Positions 50,868-63,304 of a stretch of DNA of 64,000 bases are shown here, piece after piece (within the stretch, counting starts at the first letter, position 1; the number at the start of each line of letters is the position of its first letter). The position numbers were made by a program, and so were the translations under genes. The notes beneath the pieces are model-generated. The model was not told the DNA's origin and did not search any database. It was given only the letters and a program-made list of their open reading frames with translations. The DNA is from Adineta vaga (Eukaryota; Animalia; Rotifera): contig CP075493.1 of the NCBI GenBank assembly GCA_021613535.1, positions 7,564,001-7,628,000 of the forward strand, read 5' to 3'.

Positions 50868-52291
50868 TACGGAATCCAAAATCATATAGTACATTTCATT
50901 TTCTTTTATGTGATATCGATACTTTTCTTTTTTTAAATTTAATCTATACATCTAAGTAAACATTCGTACTGAAAATAAACCTTGAATATATACACTGTAC
51001 TTGAGGTTATTTTGTATGAATCAATTGAATCATTTTTCATTATAATAAATATCTCATGAGATTTCTAAAAAGATTTCTCTTGAGATTACTTAAATAAGAT
51101 CGAAACAGTACCGTTATATTCATTGTTTTTATTCATCCTCATTAATTCTATTTATTTTTATCAAAATATGTACCTAAGATAAGAACTATTCGACTAGAAC
51201 TAAATCGATTAGGTTAGAAGTTGAAAAAAACATCGAACAAACTTTAATTATCGTCTGAATGACAGAACAGAAGAACCTTGACGTTGTACCATTGAAATAA
51301 TGAGTCTCAATGTAAAAATTTTTAAAAAACTCATAAATTAGTTTTCTTCTACCATTGAATGTATATATAAAGCCTTGAAAATGCATTTTAATTGAAGCTA
51401 AAACATTACAGAGATGAAGTGTTTTTACAAATGATTGGAAAGAAAAACTAATTTAGGGAATTGAAAATAGATTGTTAATAAGTATAGTCATTCCAGAAAA
51501 TAGAAAGGATTGCGTGTCTCATGCAAATATATTCATTCAGCTATGTTACTGTTATTGATATTTATGTTAAAGTTGAAGGAATCTCTCTAGATGTGAAAAA
51601 GTCTATTGAATATACTATTTCCTTTTCCTATACAACGATAAACTTATCTGTGAAGTTTGATCTGTTATAAGATCTAAGGAAATTCGAAGAGTTATTTGAA
51701 CTATTCAATTGAATTTATGATTTTCATCATATCTTTCTCTTCAAAAATGTTCTATTATAGAAGATTCAACTACAACAATAAACTATCTGAATAATGATAG
51801 ATCTGTTTCTATTCGTTTGCATAAATTATTATGTAGATATTTTGGTTTCATATGATTACTAAATACGAGATGAAAAATTCTTTCCTGGAATAATTTATTT
51901 CTATTTTTATTATTAAAATAACGATGGTGACAAAAAAAGAAAATATGCTCGTTTGTTAGTTATTTTTTTCAACTCTAAAACATCAATCACATGAACAGGA
52001 AATGGATTTGAAAATTTTTCTCATTTTATATCTATAATGACAAGCAAAAAATAGAAGAAACAACATCGAAGAACAAACAGAAAATCAATCAACAAAAGAA
52101 ACAAAGAAGACAATGTAATCTTTATACATACACATACGCACACATGTTTTCTGTTTTAAATGTTTACAAAACTAGACTAATATAAAATAGATAGATACAC
52201 AGTATTTAATGTTCAAATATTTGTTTCAATTAATCCAAGGTAGTTGTTATAACCTGAGAGAGAAGAGAAAGAACGACTCATATTCATATGA

Positions 52292-54470
52292 TTAAAGTTT
52301 TGATGCTTGATGAGAATCTTCACGACTATGTAAACGTCGTCCAGCATTTAAGTCAGATACTGTACCAGCTATTATTGGTTGATTTCTATCTTCTTCTTCT
52401 TCTTCATGTTTCATTGGACCTAATTCACCACGAACAAGATGATCAACAACACCAGCTCCAATACCATCACCTAATATGTTAACTGATGTTCGAATTCGAT
52501 CTCTATAAGAAAAAAGAATAAGAAGAAGAAAAAAGAATCAGTAATAATAACTAAAATATTCATTTCCTTACAAAGCCCAATCAATAGCAAAGATAATTGT
52601 AATTTCTTTTGCAGGAATATTCACAGCTGACATAACTAAAAGCATTGTTACCAAACCAGCTGATGGAATTGATGCAGCTCCAATTGAAGCTACAGTTGCT
52701 GTTAAACTAAATTTATAAATTTATTTTATAATCTTTTCCTTCTTCTAGAGAATATCATACCTAACAATAATCAATTGACCAATACCTAATTGTCTACCCA
52801 TCAATTGGGCAAGAAAAACTGGAGCAACTGCTTCATATAAAGCTGTTCCATCTAAATCAAAAGAAAAGGACAAATTCTTCATTCCCATGTATTTTGACTA
52901 ATTCATCTTTTTTTTTTACCCATATTAACAGTTGCTCCAATTGGTAACACAAAACGCGTTACACGTCGATCTAATTTTAAATTTTCTTCCAAACATCGAA
53001 ATGTAACAGGTAATGATGCAGCACTAGAAATCATTTCCAATTCAATAATGCATTCAAATCATTTCAATTTTTTTACCTTGAACCTGTTCCAATACCTGTT
53101 AACCAAGCTTGTAGCATTCCACGATAAAATGCAAATGGATTTCGTCGTGTAACAGCATAGAAGATAATTGGTAATGTAAACAATGAATGTATAGCTAAAC
53201 CAGTTAATACGGTCAAAGCATACATTCCTAAACTTTGAGCTAATTTAATTAAATCATCTATCTCTAAGATTTTGCCTGCAACTAAAAACATTATACCAAC
53301 TGGTGAATACCTAGAGCATAGTTTCCCTATAAAATGACATTTTCTTCAATGATATGAACATACCACATGACTAGTTTAATTAATTTCATGACAATTTCAT
53401 TTAATATAAGAAAAAATTGTAACATTGGTTCTCCTCGTTTACCCATTCTTCCAATTGCAATACCAAATGCACAACAAAATGTAATCAAACCTATGTTTAT
53501 TTGTTTGTTTGTTCGATAAAAGGTCTATTTAGTAAATATGAAATTCGTTTCTTACCTAAGAAATTGGTACCAGAAACGTAACGTGTCGAAAATTTAACTT
53601 TCGTCACATTTGAATCATTCAAACGCACTGTAGAATAATCTATTTGATATGAATGATACATATACATAGAAAAATCGATCTCTTAGACATTGAATTACCT
53701 CGTGTTGTTTTAACTTGTTCAAGTGCTGCTTGAATAATATTTTCTGCGAACATGTTTCTAAATAGAAAAGAAAATCAATGGAATACTTAGTTGTAGAGCG
53801 AATCGATAGGTTTACCGGAATAAATCAAAGATGGCATCAAGTGTTGTGACATGATCAGCTTTGGGATCCTCTCCTAATAATTCTGTCCGAACTTGAGCTT
53901 TATTACCTCGTTCACCTGGTCGAATAGCTTGAACAAGTAGAATACCAAGTACAGCAGCTAATATCGTCGTACACAAGTAATATGTTAAAGCATAAAAACC
54001 TAATTTGCCACTTGATTTTGGATCGAGTACAGCTAAACCTATGGATAGAAAAAAACCAAACGAAATTATATGAAATGATTCGAAATTCATGAGTTTGTAT
54101 ATATACCAGTGATAAGACTGGATGTAATCAAAGGTAAAATAAGCATTTTAAGCATACGCATCAAAATGTCACCGGGAAACGAAAGAATCATAATCGTTTC
54201 GGCGGACGGTTTCGTCATACGACATAAAAATCCTAGTAATAAGCCGAAAAAAACACCGGCAATGGTCAATGTAAGAAGTAAATTGTCACGAAATGCACCA
54301 CAACAGCCTGTACGACCCTATTAGAAAAAGAAAATTGATCATCAAAATACAGATATGAAGAGGAAAACATCTACAGTTGAAAAATCTGCTTTATTATCAT
54401 TAATTTTTGTTCGTGGTGGATGATTTTCATCGTTGAGCATTGCTACTGTTTGTTCATGTTTTTCCATCAT
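52292..54470 (-). CDS. SLC1/EAAT excitatory amino acid transporter, multi-exon; ends ASKL*
   Basis: [61 protein letters not shown] and [12 protein letters not shown]. Confidence 0.96.
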
Positions 54471-57400
54471 ATTTAAACTAAAAAAGAATACATAGAAAAC
54501 TTTCATATTTCAACATACTTCATTGATAATTTTACCGAAGTGTGTTCATTTTTTGTGAGAACAAATAGAATAGATTGATTTCTCGAACTTTTGCAAAGAA
54601 AAACAAGTTTTATCTAGTAGACATTCAACTAACTATCGTATTTAATCATTGGATAGAAATACAATTAAGTAAATGCAGTGCAAACGAAAGAAAGAAGACG
54701 ATATTTAGGATAAGTAGAAGAAAGACTTTCTCTGTTTCTTTTTTTACTACTATTATTTCTACTTTCTTATCTAACTTAGGATCGTTCAGATTGCTTTCTA
54801 TTACTTCTTGTTTTTCTTGACATCTTATTCAAAATAAATGCACGTCTATGGTTCTATCTATACACATCTCGACATACAATATAGAATATGATGATCAAAT
54901 AAATAAATAATGAAATCTATTATTCATCTGATTTTTCCTATTCGAAAAGAAAAAATACACTTGATTAATTTCACCTACGTACACGTACACACTAACAACA
55001 ATCTAATTTGAACAGAATTCTTCTCTCTCTCACTGTTTTTCCGATGAAAATAACAATCAATGATCTTGTTTGTTCAATAGTCGTCTGCATATAGTTTAAC
55101 ATGTCGTCGATTCTACTGTGATTTTGATAATCATCTTGGATTTGATTATAAAATGAATGATCGGAAAAAGAAGAGAAAAAAGAAGTTTGACATTCTTGAA
55201 TCGTTCATTTTTAAGTATGTAAGTGATTTAATCAAATATAACAATGTAAAAGTGAATTGACTTGGAGAAATATAAGGTGAATAATATTGTTAGAGATAAT
55301 ATTCGTCTGAAGTTTAATCAAGGAATTATTAACATGATTTAATCAATAAAAAACTTCCTTTCTGGTCGTCTTTTTATCGGTATACGGTCTTCCTTCTCAC
55401 GGGCAAAAGATCATCTTTTACTTGGATAGTCAAGACTTTCATCATACTTCAGTGTAATATCGCTCCTTCTTCTTATTAAAGAAACAAAAAAAGAAAAAGA
55501 GTCTTGTTTTCAAGAATCCTTTCGTTTATTGTACGTAATTTGATATTTATTGACATCTGTGACATATTCAGAAAACTTTATCGATCTTACCTCATTTGTT
55601 GATTGTGACTTTTGTTCATTTTGTTTTTCGATTTGTCACACACTGTTGAATTAGTTATTGATAACCTAGAAAACATGTAGATTAAACAATAATAATAAAA
55701 AGTTATAATTCTCTTCGAACATTAATATTCATAAGAAGAACTCGATCGGATATTTCTCTCCTAGTTTTCTTCGATATCATAACTCACACAACGATCGTTG
55801 ACGCTAAGTGAAGATGATGACGATGATGATGATAATGTTAGTCACATCGAGTAGACATATCTTACAATCTTTGCTTAACTTTTATGAAGAATGTCTTTTT
55901 TTCTGCCACTTCTTCTCTCTCTCTCTCCCTCTCTTTTCTCTCTACGACCATAATAAAAAAAACTAATATTCTGCTAATAAAAAGAGTATATCTACTAACC
56001 ATTACCGTTTATAGGAATCTATGAAATGCTCGCCTGTGATAAAATAAGAGAGGGTAAGACGAAGGAGAGAGAGAGAGAGGCAGGAAAAATGTAGGAGAAA
56101 ATCATAATTAAACAACTGCTTGTCAAATCATGTTCTATTAGTTATCGTTCACGATATGAATTGATTTTAATAGAAAATTCTCTTCTTCTTTTTTTTTCAT
56201 TTCAAACCTATGATTGGTTTTCCAATAAAAAAAATCTTGATGCATGTCAAAAAAGAAACTGATGCATGTAGACTTTATGTTCATCACATATGAAAATATT
56301 AGAGGTATATCAAAAGAAAAATTGTAGACTCGAGGAAAAATATATGAATGTCAGAATAGCCGACGAAATAAAGATGTATTTGTTCTATTCGACATGCAAT
56401 TTCTAATAACTTACCTGATAAAAAAACTAATTCGAAAGAGTTTTTAGTTTGTCATCATATATTTCATGGAATCATTTAAACGACAGTAGTGGAGTACTTG
56501 ACTTCCAATATTACTTCCTCATTCTAATTAATTTTATGTTTCAGAGAAGAAAGAAAAGATCTGAATTTTACATGAGGGCATAAACTTAGAGTAAGATGAG
56601 ACTTGTCTATAGAGTTGATGTGTTAGATTCTTACTCTCACTCTCTTCTTTGATACAACATGACATGATAAAGAAAATGCATGTTAATAAATGCCAAAATC
56701 GATCAATGATTTTGACAATCCCTACACTATATTATGAAACATTTTGTTCAAGTCAAGTTAGATATATATCGAGGCATTTGATTGAACTTTCTATTGATTA
56801 GAAAGAATGAGAAACATTGTTTTCTACGTTGTCCAATTGACAAATTCGAAATCTGATCAAGACCTTGGAGAATAATGCATAAGATGTCAGAGTCCAAAAT
56901 CGGCTACTGATAATACCGGATAATTATTTCATATTAATCAACGAAAACGAGAAATGTGTGATTAGAAATGATTATCTTAGTCAAGGCCATTGAACGATTT
57001 TCTAGATGTAATAATATATAGAGAGAGAGAGAGAAAGAAAGGAAAGAACGGAATTAATAATGACAATCTATACTAAAGATATCTATAATAAACCTATATT
57101 ATCTTCTCTAATCATCTTTTACTTCCGTTATTCATATATATATATATATTGGATAAACTCATTGGAATTCGAAATATTTTTTCTACATGAACATCGATTA
57201 AAAACTGCTTCATATAATTTTTTTTAATTATAAGAAATAAACCATAATTTAATAGAAACATGCGCATATATATCTTATTTGTCATAGCTTCAAAATTTTT
57301 ATACAAAAACTTTCTAAATATCATTTTGTTGAAAAGAAAACTAATTGTGAACATCTGATGTTGAACACTATTTCCATCGAGGGAATTCGATGTTGAATTG

Positions 57401-57755
57401 TTCACACTTATCTTTTGTAAAAGACAAAAAGTGACACATATATCAAGTCATTTCTAATTTATAATCGATCAATCAAATAAATATCAAAATTAGTTCGTTG
57501 AATTTGAATATATTCTTTGAAGGAAATCTTTTTCTTAGACAAAGACAAACAAATCAATAAAGACAATCTTGTACAATATTATTTTTATTAATATCCAAAA
57601 AAAAACAGTACTCTATACAATAACACACGAATAATTCTGTTCAACGATAATTCGAAGAACAATAAAATAACGTTTTTGTTTTGTCTTCAATTGTTTCAAT
57701 ATACATATAATTTCGTTTGATGAATGATGATTAACGACGGTGAAGAGCCAGATAA

Positions 57756-57816
57756 AGGAAGAGTGTATACCCGGTGACTGCATAAATATCAAAGTAACCG
57801 ACTATGCAATCTTCCT
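57756..57816 (-). ncRNA. mir-36: pre-miRNA, miR-36 family; predicted 3p UCACCGGGUAUACACUCUUCCU (57777->57756)
   Basis: Hairpin arms GGAAGAUUGCAUAGUCGGUUACU / AGUCACCGGGUAUACACUCUUCC. Seed CACCGGG. Confidence 0.88.
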
Positions 57817-57875
57817 ACCAAATAATTGAAATACTTCCGGCTCGGATAAAATCGAAGACAATTGAACATATCAGA

Positions 57876-57942
57876 GGAAGAGTGTTATACCCGGTGATTT
57901 ATCTACTATTCTAAATCAAGATAACCGACTATACAATCTTCC
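57876..57942 (-). ncRNA. mir-36: pre-miRNA, miR-36 family; predicted 3p UCACCGGGUAUAACACUCUUCC (57897->57876)
   Basis: Paralog of the previous hairpin with conserved arms and a different loop. Confidence 0.88.
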
Positions 57943-58000
57943 AACGAAAGAACAAGCGATGGAATTCATGGAATATAATTATCTAATTCATTATATACTC

Positions 58001-58075
58001 GCTCAAGCTAAGTGTAGAACCCGGTGAGGAATTTGAACATAACCAACCTCTACCAAGATTTCACCTAGCCTAAGC
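58001..58075 (-). ncRNA. mir-36: pre-miRNA, miR-36 family; predicted 3p UCACCGGGUUCUACACUUAGCU (58027->58006)
   Basis: The 14-bp basal stem GCUUAGGCUAGGUG/CACUUAGCUUGAGC pairs fully, via G-U pairs, only on the minus strand. Confidence 0.85.
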
Positions 58076-58121
58076 AAAATACGGATTTGAAAAACGAATG
58101 ATAAGAAATAGTGAAAGTGCT

Positions 58122-58200
58122 CTCAATTAGGATGAGTGTGAGATCTAGTCATGAACTCGCAAAATCCACATAGACTAAATAACACAATCATGCAAATCAA
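58122..58200 (-). ncRNA. mir-279: pre-miRNA miR-279; predicted 3p UGACUAGAUCUCACACUCAUCC (58151->58130)
   Basis: Near-identical to canonical protostome miR-279 (UGACUAGAUCCACACUCAUCC, plus 1 nt). The 5p arm AUGAUUGUGUUAUUUAGUC pairs with it. Confidence 0.9.
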
Positions 58201-58389
58201 AGAGCTCTTCTCAAGAAACACAGCAATAACAACAACAATGACGTGCGTCATACAGCATGCAAATATATGAAATTGACAAAAAGAACATTGAGAATGAGCT
58301 CACCATGCAAGTCTTTTTTATAGAAATATATGGATTTTACTAGATTTACACTGATGTGATACTGAAAAGATGTAGACAAAGAAGGACGA

Positions 58390-58600
58390 ATTTGGGCGGC
58401 AGTAGACAACAATAACCGTTAAGAACAACGATGCGAATGAACGAACGGACGGACTGAACCGATGCTTGACCCTTTGTGCATTGTTTTGTATGTATACTCT
58501 GCGCGCGCGAGCGCACGCACGTCGTCGTTGTCGAAAAAAAAAAGAGAAAAAAAACGTAGATTTGTGCGCGCGCGTCCGACCGTTGTTAGCTGCTGTCTAA
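58390..58600. promoter_or_regulatory. CpG-rich patch (GCGCGCGCG, TGCGCGCGCG), candidate promoter or 5' region of the miRNA cluster
   Basis: Strong local GC/CpG excess immediately 5' (minus strand) of the hairpins. Confidence 0.4.
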
Positions 58601-59536
58601 TATGAACGACATCGTGTTTAGATATGTACATTTCTCTTTTCTCCCGTTTTTTTTGACCGAACATTGACCTGTTTCTCTTTCTTTTTCTATGTGCGCTATT
58701 TTGGCTTAGCACTCGAAGGCTATATACTTATTCGAATACTCATATGCATACACTCGTGAGCCTCTTCGATTTGTTCAGAACATCGTTCCGTTCAATCAAC
58801 ATCGATACGTTTCTCTCTCTCGTTCTGTTCTTAGCCAGACATATTGACCTTAGAGAGGAGAAGAAGAAGAGCGGGCAAATGAAGACGAAGAATTAAAATA
58901 AAAGAAAGAAGAAAAAATTGGTTGTCTCGGACACGGTATGTATCAAACGTCCGAATAACATACTTATTTTGGCTTGCAGCCAAATATATATGTAGGATGG
59001 TGAGTGGACTCACCATTATCAACACAGAAGCCATTTGAGGTGAAATGAAAGCAAAACAAACGTCTATCGGGCGTCTGTTATGTTCGAGAGTGAAGCAATT
59101 GGCCCAATCTAACGATAAGAAATAACATACCCGAAGACTGACCGACGATAATAATAGGCTTCATGTATCTTTTCATTCTTTCTCATTTGAATGATGTCCA
59201 AACGAATTTACTCCTCCGGCAAACTCCTCATAAACGAACAATGACAAACGAAAAAACTATAATGAAAGATTAGTCGTATTCGACGACAAATTCTTTTCGT
59301 TTTTTTTTCATTTCGTTTTCTTTTCGTACCATTGAACAAGACTGATGAGATCACTTGGTACTAATCAATCACTTGTTATCTTTACATTTGATGTCAACAC
59401 ATTTTTTGAATCATTTACGGTGATGATTTGTTACATCAGAAGAAAATAAATATCAAAAGCGTAGAAGAATTTTATAATTGAAGATAAATGATAAGAGTGA
59501 AAAAGAAAAGTTCATTTGAATAAGAAAAAAATAATA

Positions 59537-61098
59537 TTATTCTTCTGATTTCATAGTAATATGTTCAATCGCTGAAGCGAGCACATTTAAAACGATATCG
59601 GTTGCTTTTTGTTGCAGTTGTTCGACTAAAATTGGATCATGATCATCATAATCATCCTCAGCATCATCACGTTCGTCAACATCATTGATCACTTCAGGTG
59701 AGACGTGATATTGTTGCTCCTGTTGTTGCGAATGGTGATGATGGGATTGAGGAGGAGGAAGAGGAGGATGGTGATGATAGTGTCGATCAGAATCCTGAGT
59801 AGTTATTAATTCATATTCATCATCATTTTGTTTATGTGATGGGGTTATATTTGATGGATTGTTTTCATTGACCAACGAAAACGATATTTTATTAGCAACA
59901 TAGGACACACTACTTTGTTGAGCTGGTGACTGTTGTTGTTGTTGCTGCTGCTGTTGTTGATGTTGAGACTGACGACGATGTCGATTGCTACGATGAGTTG
60001 ATGATGATGACATAGCTCGATCAAGAGAACGTCGACCTTTAGGAAACGAAGAAAAAGATTTATTTCAAATAGAATCATATCGTAGACAAACTTCGTTTTT
60101 TCTCTGGCATTTGAATTCCCACATCAACATATCGAGCAGGATCTAACAAAACGAATAAAATCGGAATTGAAATTTTCTTCCACAATAATATTACCTTTAA
60201 TTTTCGGTAATTTATGTCGTCTTCCATACATCACTGGATTCATATTTGTTTGCCGGCTTGATCTTCCCTCGTATCTATTTGTAAGTGCATCTAAATCTTC
60301 TTGTTTTCCATCCTCATTCGAATCATAACCTGTATCTTTTCGTACGACTTCACCAGTAGTACTTGAACGTCTTTGAACTTGAAGAATTTCACGAAATTTT
60401 TTAAAATGTGATGGTTTGATATCGACTTGTTCAGGATTATTTCGATTCACAAATGTTCCATATTTATGTAAAATTTTTGAATCAACTGTATCAAAACGAT
60501 TATAACGAGCACCAGTCAAAAAATAATGACTATTATAGCCATCAGATGTTTGAAAATCGAACTTTTTTACTGTGCGATGTAATTTTTGTTGTTGTTGTTC
60601 AAGACAACGTTTGTAACGTTGTTTTTCAATCGTAGTTAAATTTGGTTCATATACACGATTTAAATGTTCAAAATTTGGATTCATTTTAATGTAACGATTG
60701 AGTATACTACATAAACAAGAAACAAAAAAAGCAAAATGTTTGGTATAGAAATGTTATAAATAACTATCAAATTTGAACACTGTTGAACTATTCCTTTTGC
60801 TGATAACAAAAATACATACTCAGTACGTCGTGGTAATCGAGAAAGTTCACTTTCGTAAAGATTATCATTACGATGTTTTAATTCAGTATCAGATAAGTAT
60901 TGAAGGAGAGCATTCGTATGAACTGGTTGCTTTTCTTGATGCTTATAGTATGTTTCATAATTATAATGCGGTGTAGGTGTTGTAGTATGACGTTCATCTT
61001 TAGTATTATATGCCTGTGTAGAACGACCCTAGAAAGACATGTTGAACTTGAAAACTTTTTTCGATGTCTCAACTTTTTACCTGATGTATAGCTGCCAT
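59537..61098 (-). CDS. Low-complexity protein with a C-terminal amphipathic helix (candidate AKAP)
   Basis: Exons join as MAAIHQ|GRSTQAY...|..MNPNFEH..LPKIK|GRRSLDRAMSSSS...KATDIVLNVLASAIEHITMKSEE*. One internal junction is uncertain. Confidence 0.6.
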
Positions 61099-61479
61099 AT
61101 TTTTAGATTCTTTCTGAAAATTTTCTTTTTTTTCTTCTTCTTCTTTGTTTTTCTAAGTTAAATAATATAAAACTATATTTGTCTATAGAATTCTTCCATC
61201 TCTATTGTTAGTAGTCTCGGTAACAGCCTCCTTGTGATTTTTATTCAATTCTGACATTTTCTGATCATTTCTTCATCGTTCTGTATTTAATACCCAATCT
61301 GTTATAAAACAAACGCACACACTTTTTAAACAAAAGAAAAAAAATAAGATAAATGAATCAATTAAAAGAAAAATAATAGACATATATTTTTTTCTCGAAT
61401 GAATCTATTTTGAATTCTTCCCAAGTAATAACATTGACGTCGAAAGTAATAGTGTTTTTTTTGTTGTTATTTTCTTGAT

Positions 61480-62919
61480 TTACAAATGTCGACGTCGTTT
61501 ACCACCATCAAGTAAATCACATCCATTCATTTCCTTGAAAAGAAATCGAAAAGTAAATAGCAAAATCAGAATTTCATTCGATTAAAACTATTTACAAAAC
61601 ATCGCGATTTGATATTATTCGTATTATTATTATTGGATATTGAATAAAATGTTGTTTCATCATCACTATCACTATCATCATCATCATCATCATCATCATC
61701 ATCTTCGTTGTCGTCGTTCTCATCATGATTGTCTGATAGTCGCGTTCGAAAGAATAAATCAGGTTCACTGTCCGATTCATCTGATGAAGTCTATATATAT
61801 GTGCAACAGAATGAGAGATATATGAATGTAGAATGTGAAATTCATACTTCACTTCGTTGACGCTTAAATGAACCGAGAAAAGGAAATCGATTAAATGAAC
61901 TAGAGACTATTTGAGATCTTTGATCAGATGATTCATTAAGATTATTTGTTGTTACATGATTTAAATTATTATCAATCTCTAAATGATATAAATATACGGA
62001 AAATGATTTATTTAATAGAATGCAAAGAAGAAGATATTACCTGCACTTTCAGTGATTGGTTGTAGTGGTGGTGATGATGACGATGATGATGCGTTTACAC
62101 GACGTTGTTGTTGAGCTTCTTGTAAAACTCGGAGAATATTTCTTTCATCAGCATCATCATCTTCTTCCTCATCTTCCTCATCATCATCCTCATCATTATT
62201 ATTATCATCATCGTCATCATCGGACTCTGATGATGATGATGATGATGATGTTGTTGAAGATTCGCTACTATTTTCACTACTGCTATCACTACTATTACTA
62301 CTGCTGCTATTGCCATTGTTGCTACTGAGGGGTAAAAATAAAGGAGAAGATTCTCTCGGTATATTCAATGGTTGAATTGTTGGTATTGATGATGAACTTG
62401 CAGCCGTAAGTGAAGTAGCTGAGTTGGAATTTTCACTCCATATATTGGATGATGACGATATAGATGATGCTGATAAAAATGATGGACGTTGTTTATGTTT
62501 AATTAAATATTGTGCTAAACGCCAATCATTTTCCGCTATAATGAAAATGTCTTAAATTTGATAAAAAAACGTCAATATCTGAATGGTATTTACATGATAA
62601 CATTGCTCCGAACAGTTCATTAACTGTCGCCGGTAGAGTATTTTCAGGTGGTAGAAGACTTTTTAATAATTGTAATGCATGTTTAACTGTTCGTGGCTTC
62701 ATATTAGCACGTAAAACAACATCAGCTATTTCACGTACGGCTTGTTTTCGTGTAATTTTTGATTCAGCATACAAGAGAACATCAGTAATATTCTATATGA
62801 ATTTAAAACAATCAGTTCGGAATAGTTTATTTTAATGATATACATACATGATTACTATCATTAGTTGAACTATCGCTATTACTGTCTATTTGTGATGATG
62901 GAATCATATCCAAAGACAT
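61480..62919 (-). CDS. Acidic Ser/Asp-rich protein containing a CACTA/EnSpm-transposase-like N-terminal module, multi-exon
   Basis: MSLDMIP..|NITDVLLYAESKIT..LQLLKSLLPPENTLPATVNELF|..poly-S/D/E..|..|EMNGCDLLDGGKRRRHL*. Exon phases are consistent. Confidence 0.6.
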
Positions 62920-63304
62920 ATTGTCAATGACTGCAGAATGGTTTGTTTTTCGATATCAAATATCTACAATATTCTATAAAAAGAAAACAATTGTTTTTGT
63001 CCATGTTATTTTAGAGTTTAAAGTTCTCGGATGTTTTTCTTATAAATATTATCCTATGATCGTCCAATTCAAAATGGCACGATGATACTAAATTATACAA
63101 CTAGAAATAAAAAGAAGACTAAGAATTAAAGCATAAACATATCGAGAATTTCCTCTCATTTCTTTTCTTTTCTTTAATGTCAAAGACAACTGACAGCACA
63201 AACATATAGGAACAAAACAATAAACGTCATGAGAAGAATGGTGTTCATAAAAAAAAGAGAAATAAAGAAAATGATACAGTAGCAAGTTACAGAAAAAGAA
63301 AGAC

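Noticed and set aside
52292-52303. C-terminal SKL on the EAAT as a peroxisomal signal
   Set aside because: It is a polytopic plasma-membrane transporter; S-x-L is better read as a class I PDZ-binding motif.
54169-54176. miR-36 8mer (CCCGGTGA) in the EAAT mRNA
   Set aside because: It lies in conserved FPGD codons and is explained by coding constraint.
57756-58075. Repeated GTGT..ACCCGGTGA units resembling a CRISPR array
   Set aside because: Eukaryotic context, no cas genes, and each unit is one arm of a miRNA hairpin.
61640-62328. His-, Met- and Val-rich ORFs in the track
   Set aside because: Alternative-frame or antisense readings of (GAT/TCA)n codon runs of the acidic minus-strand gene.
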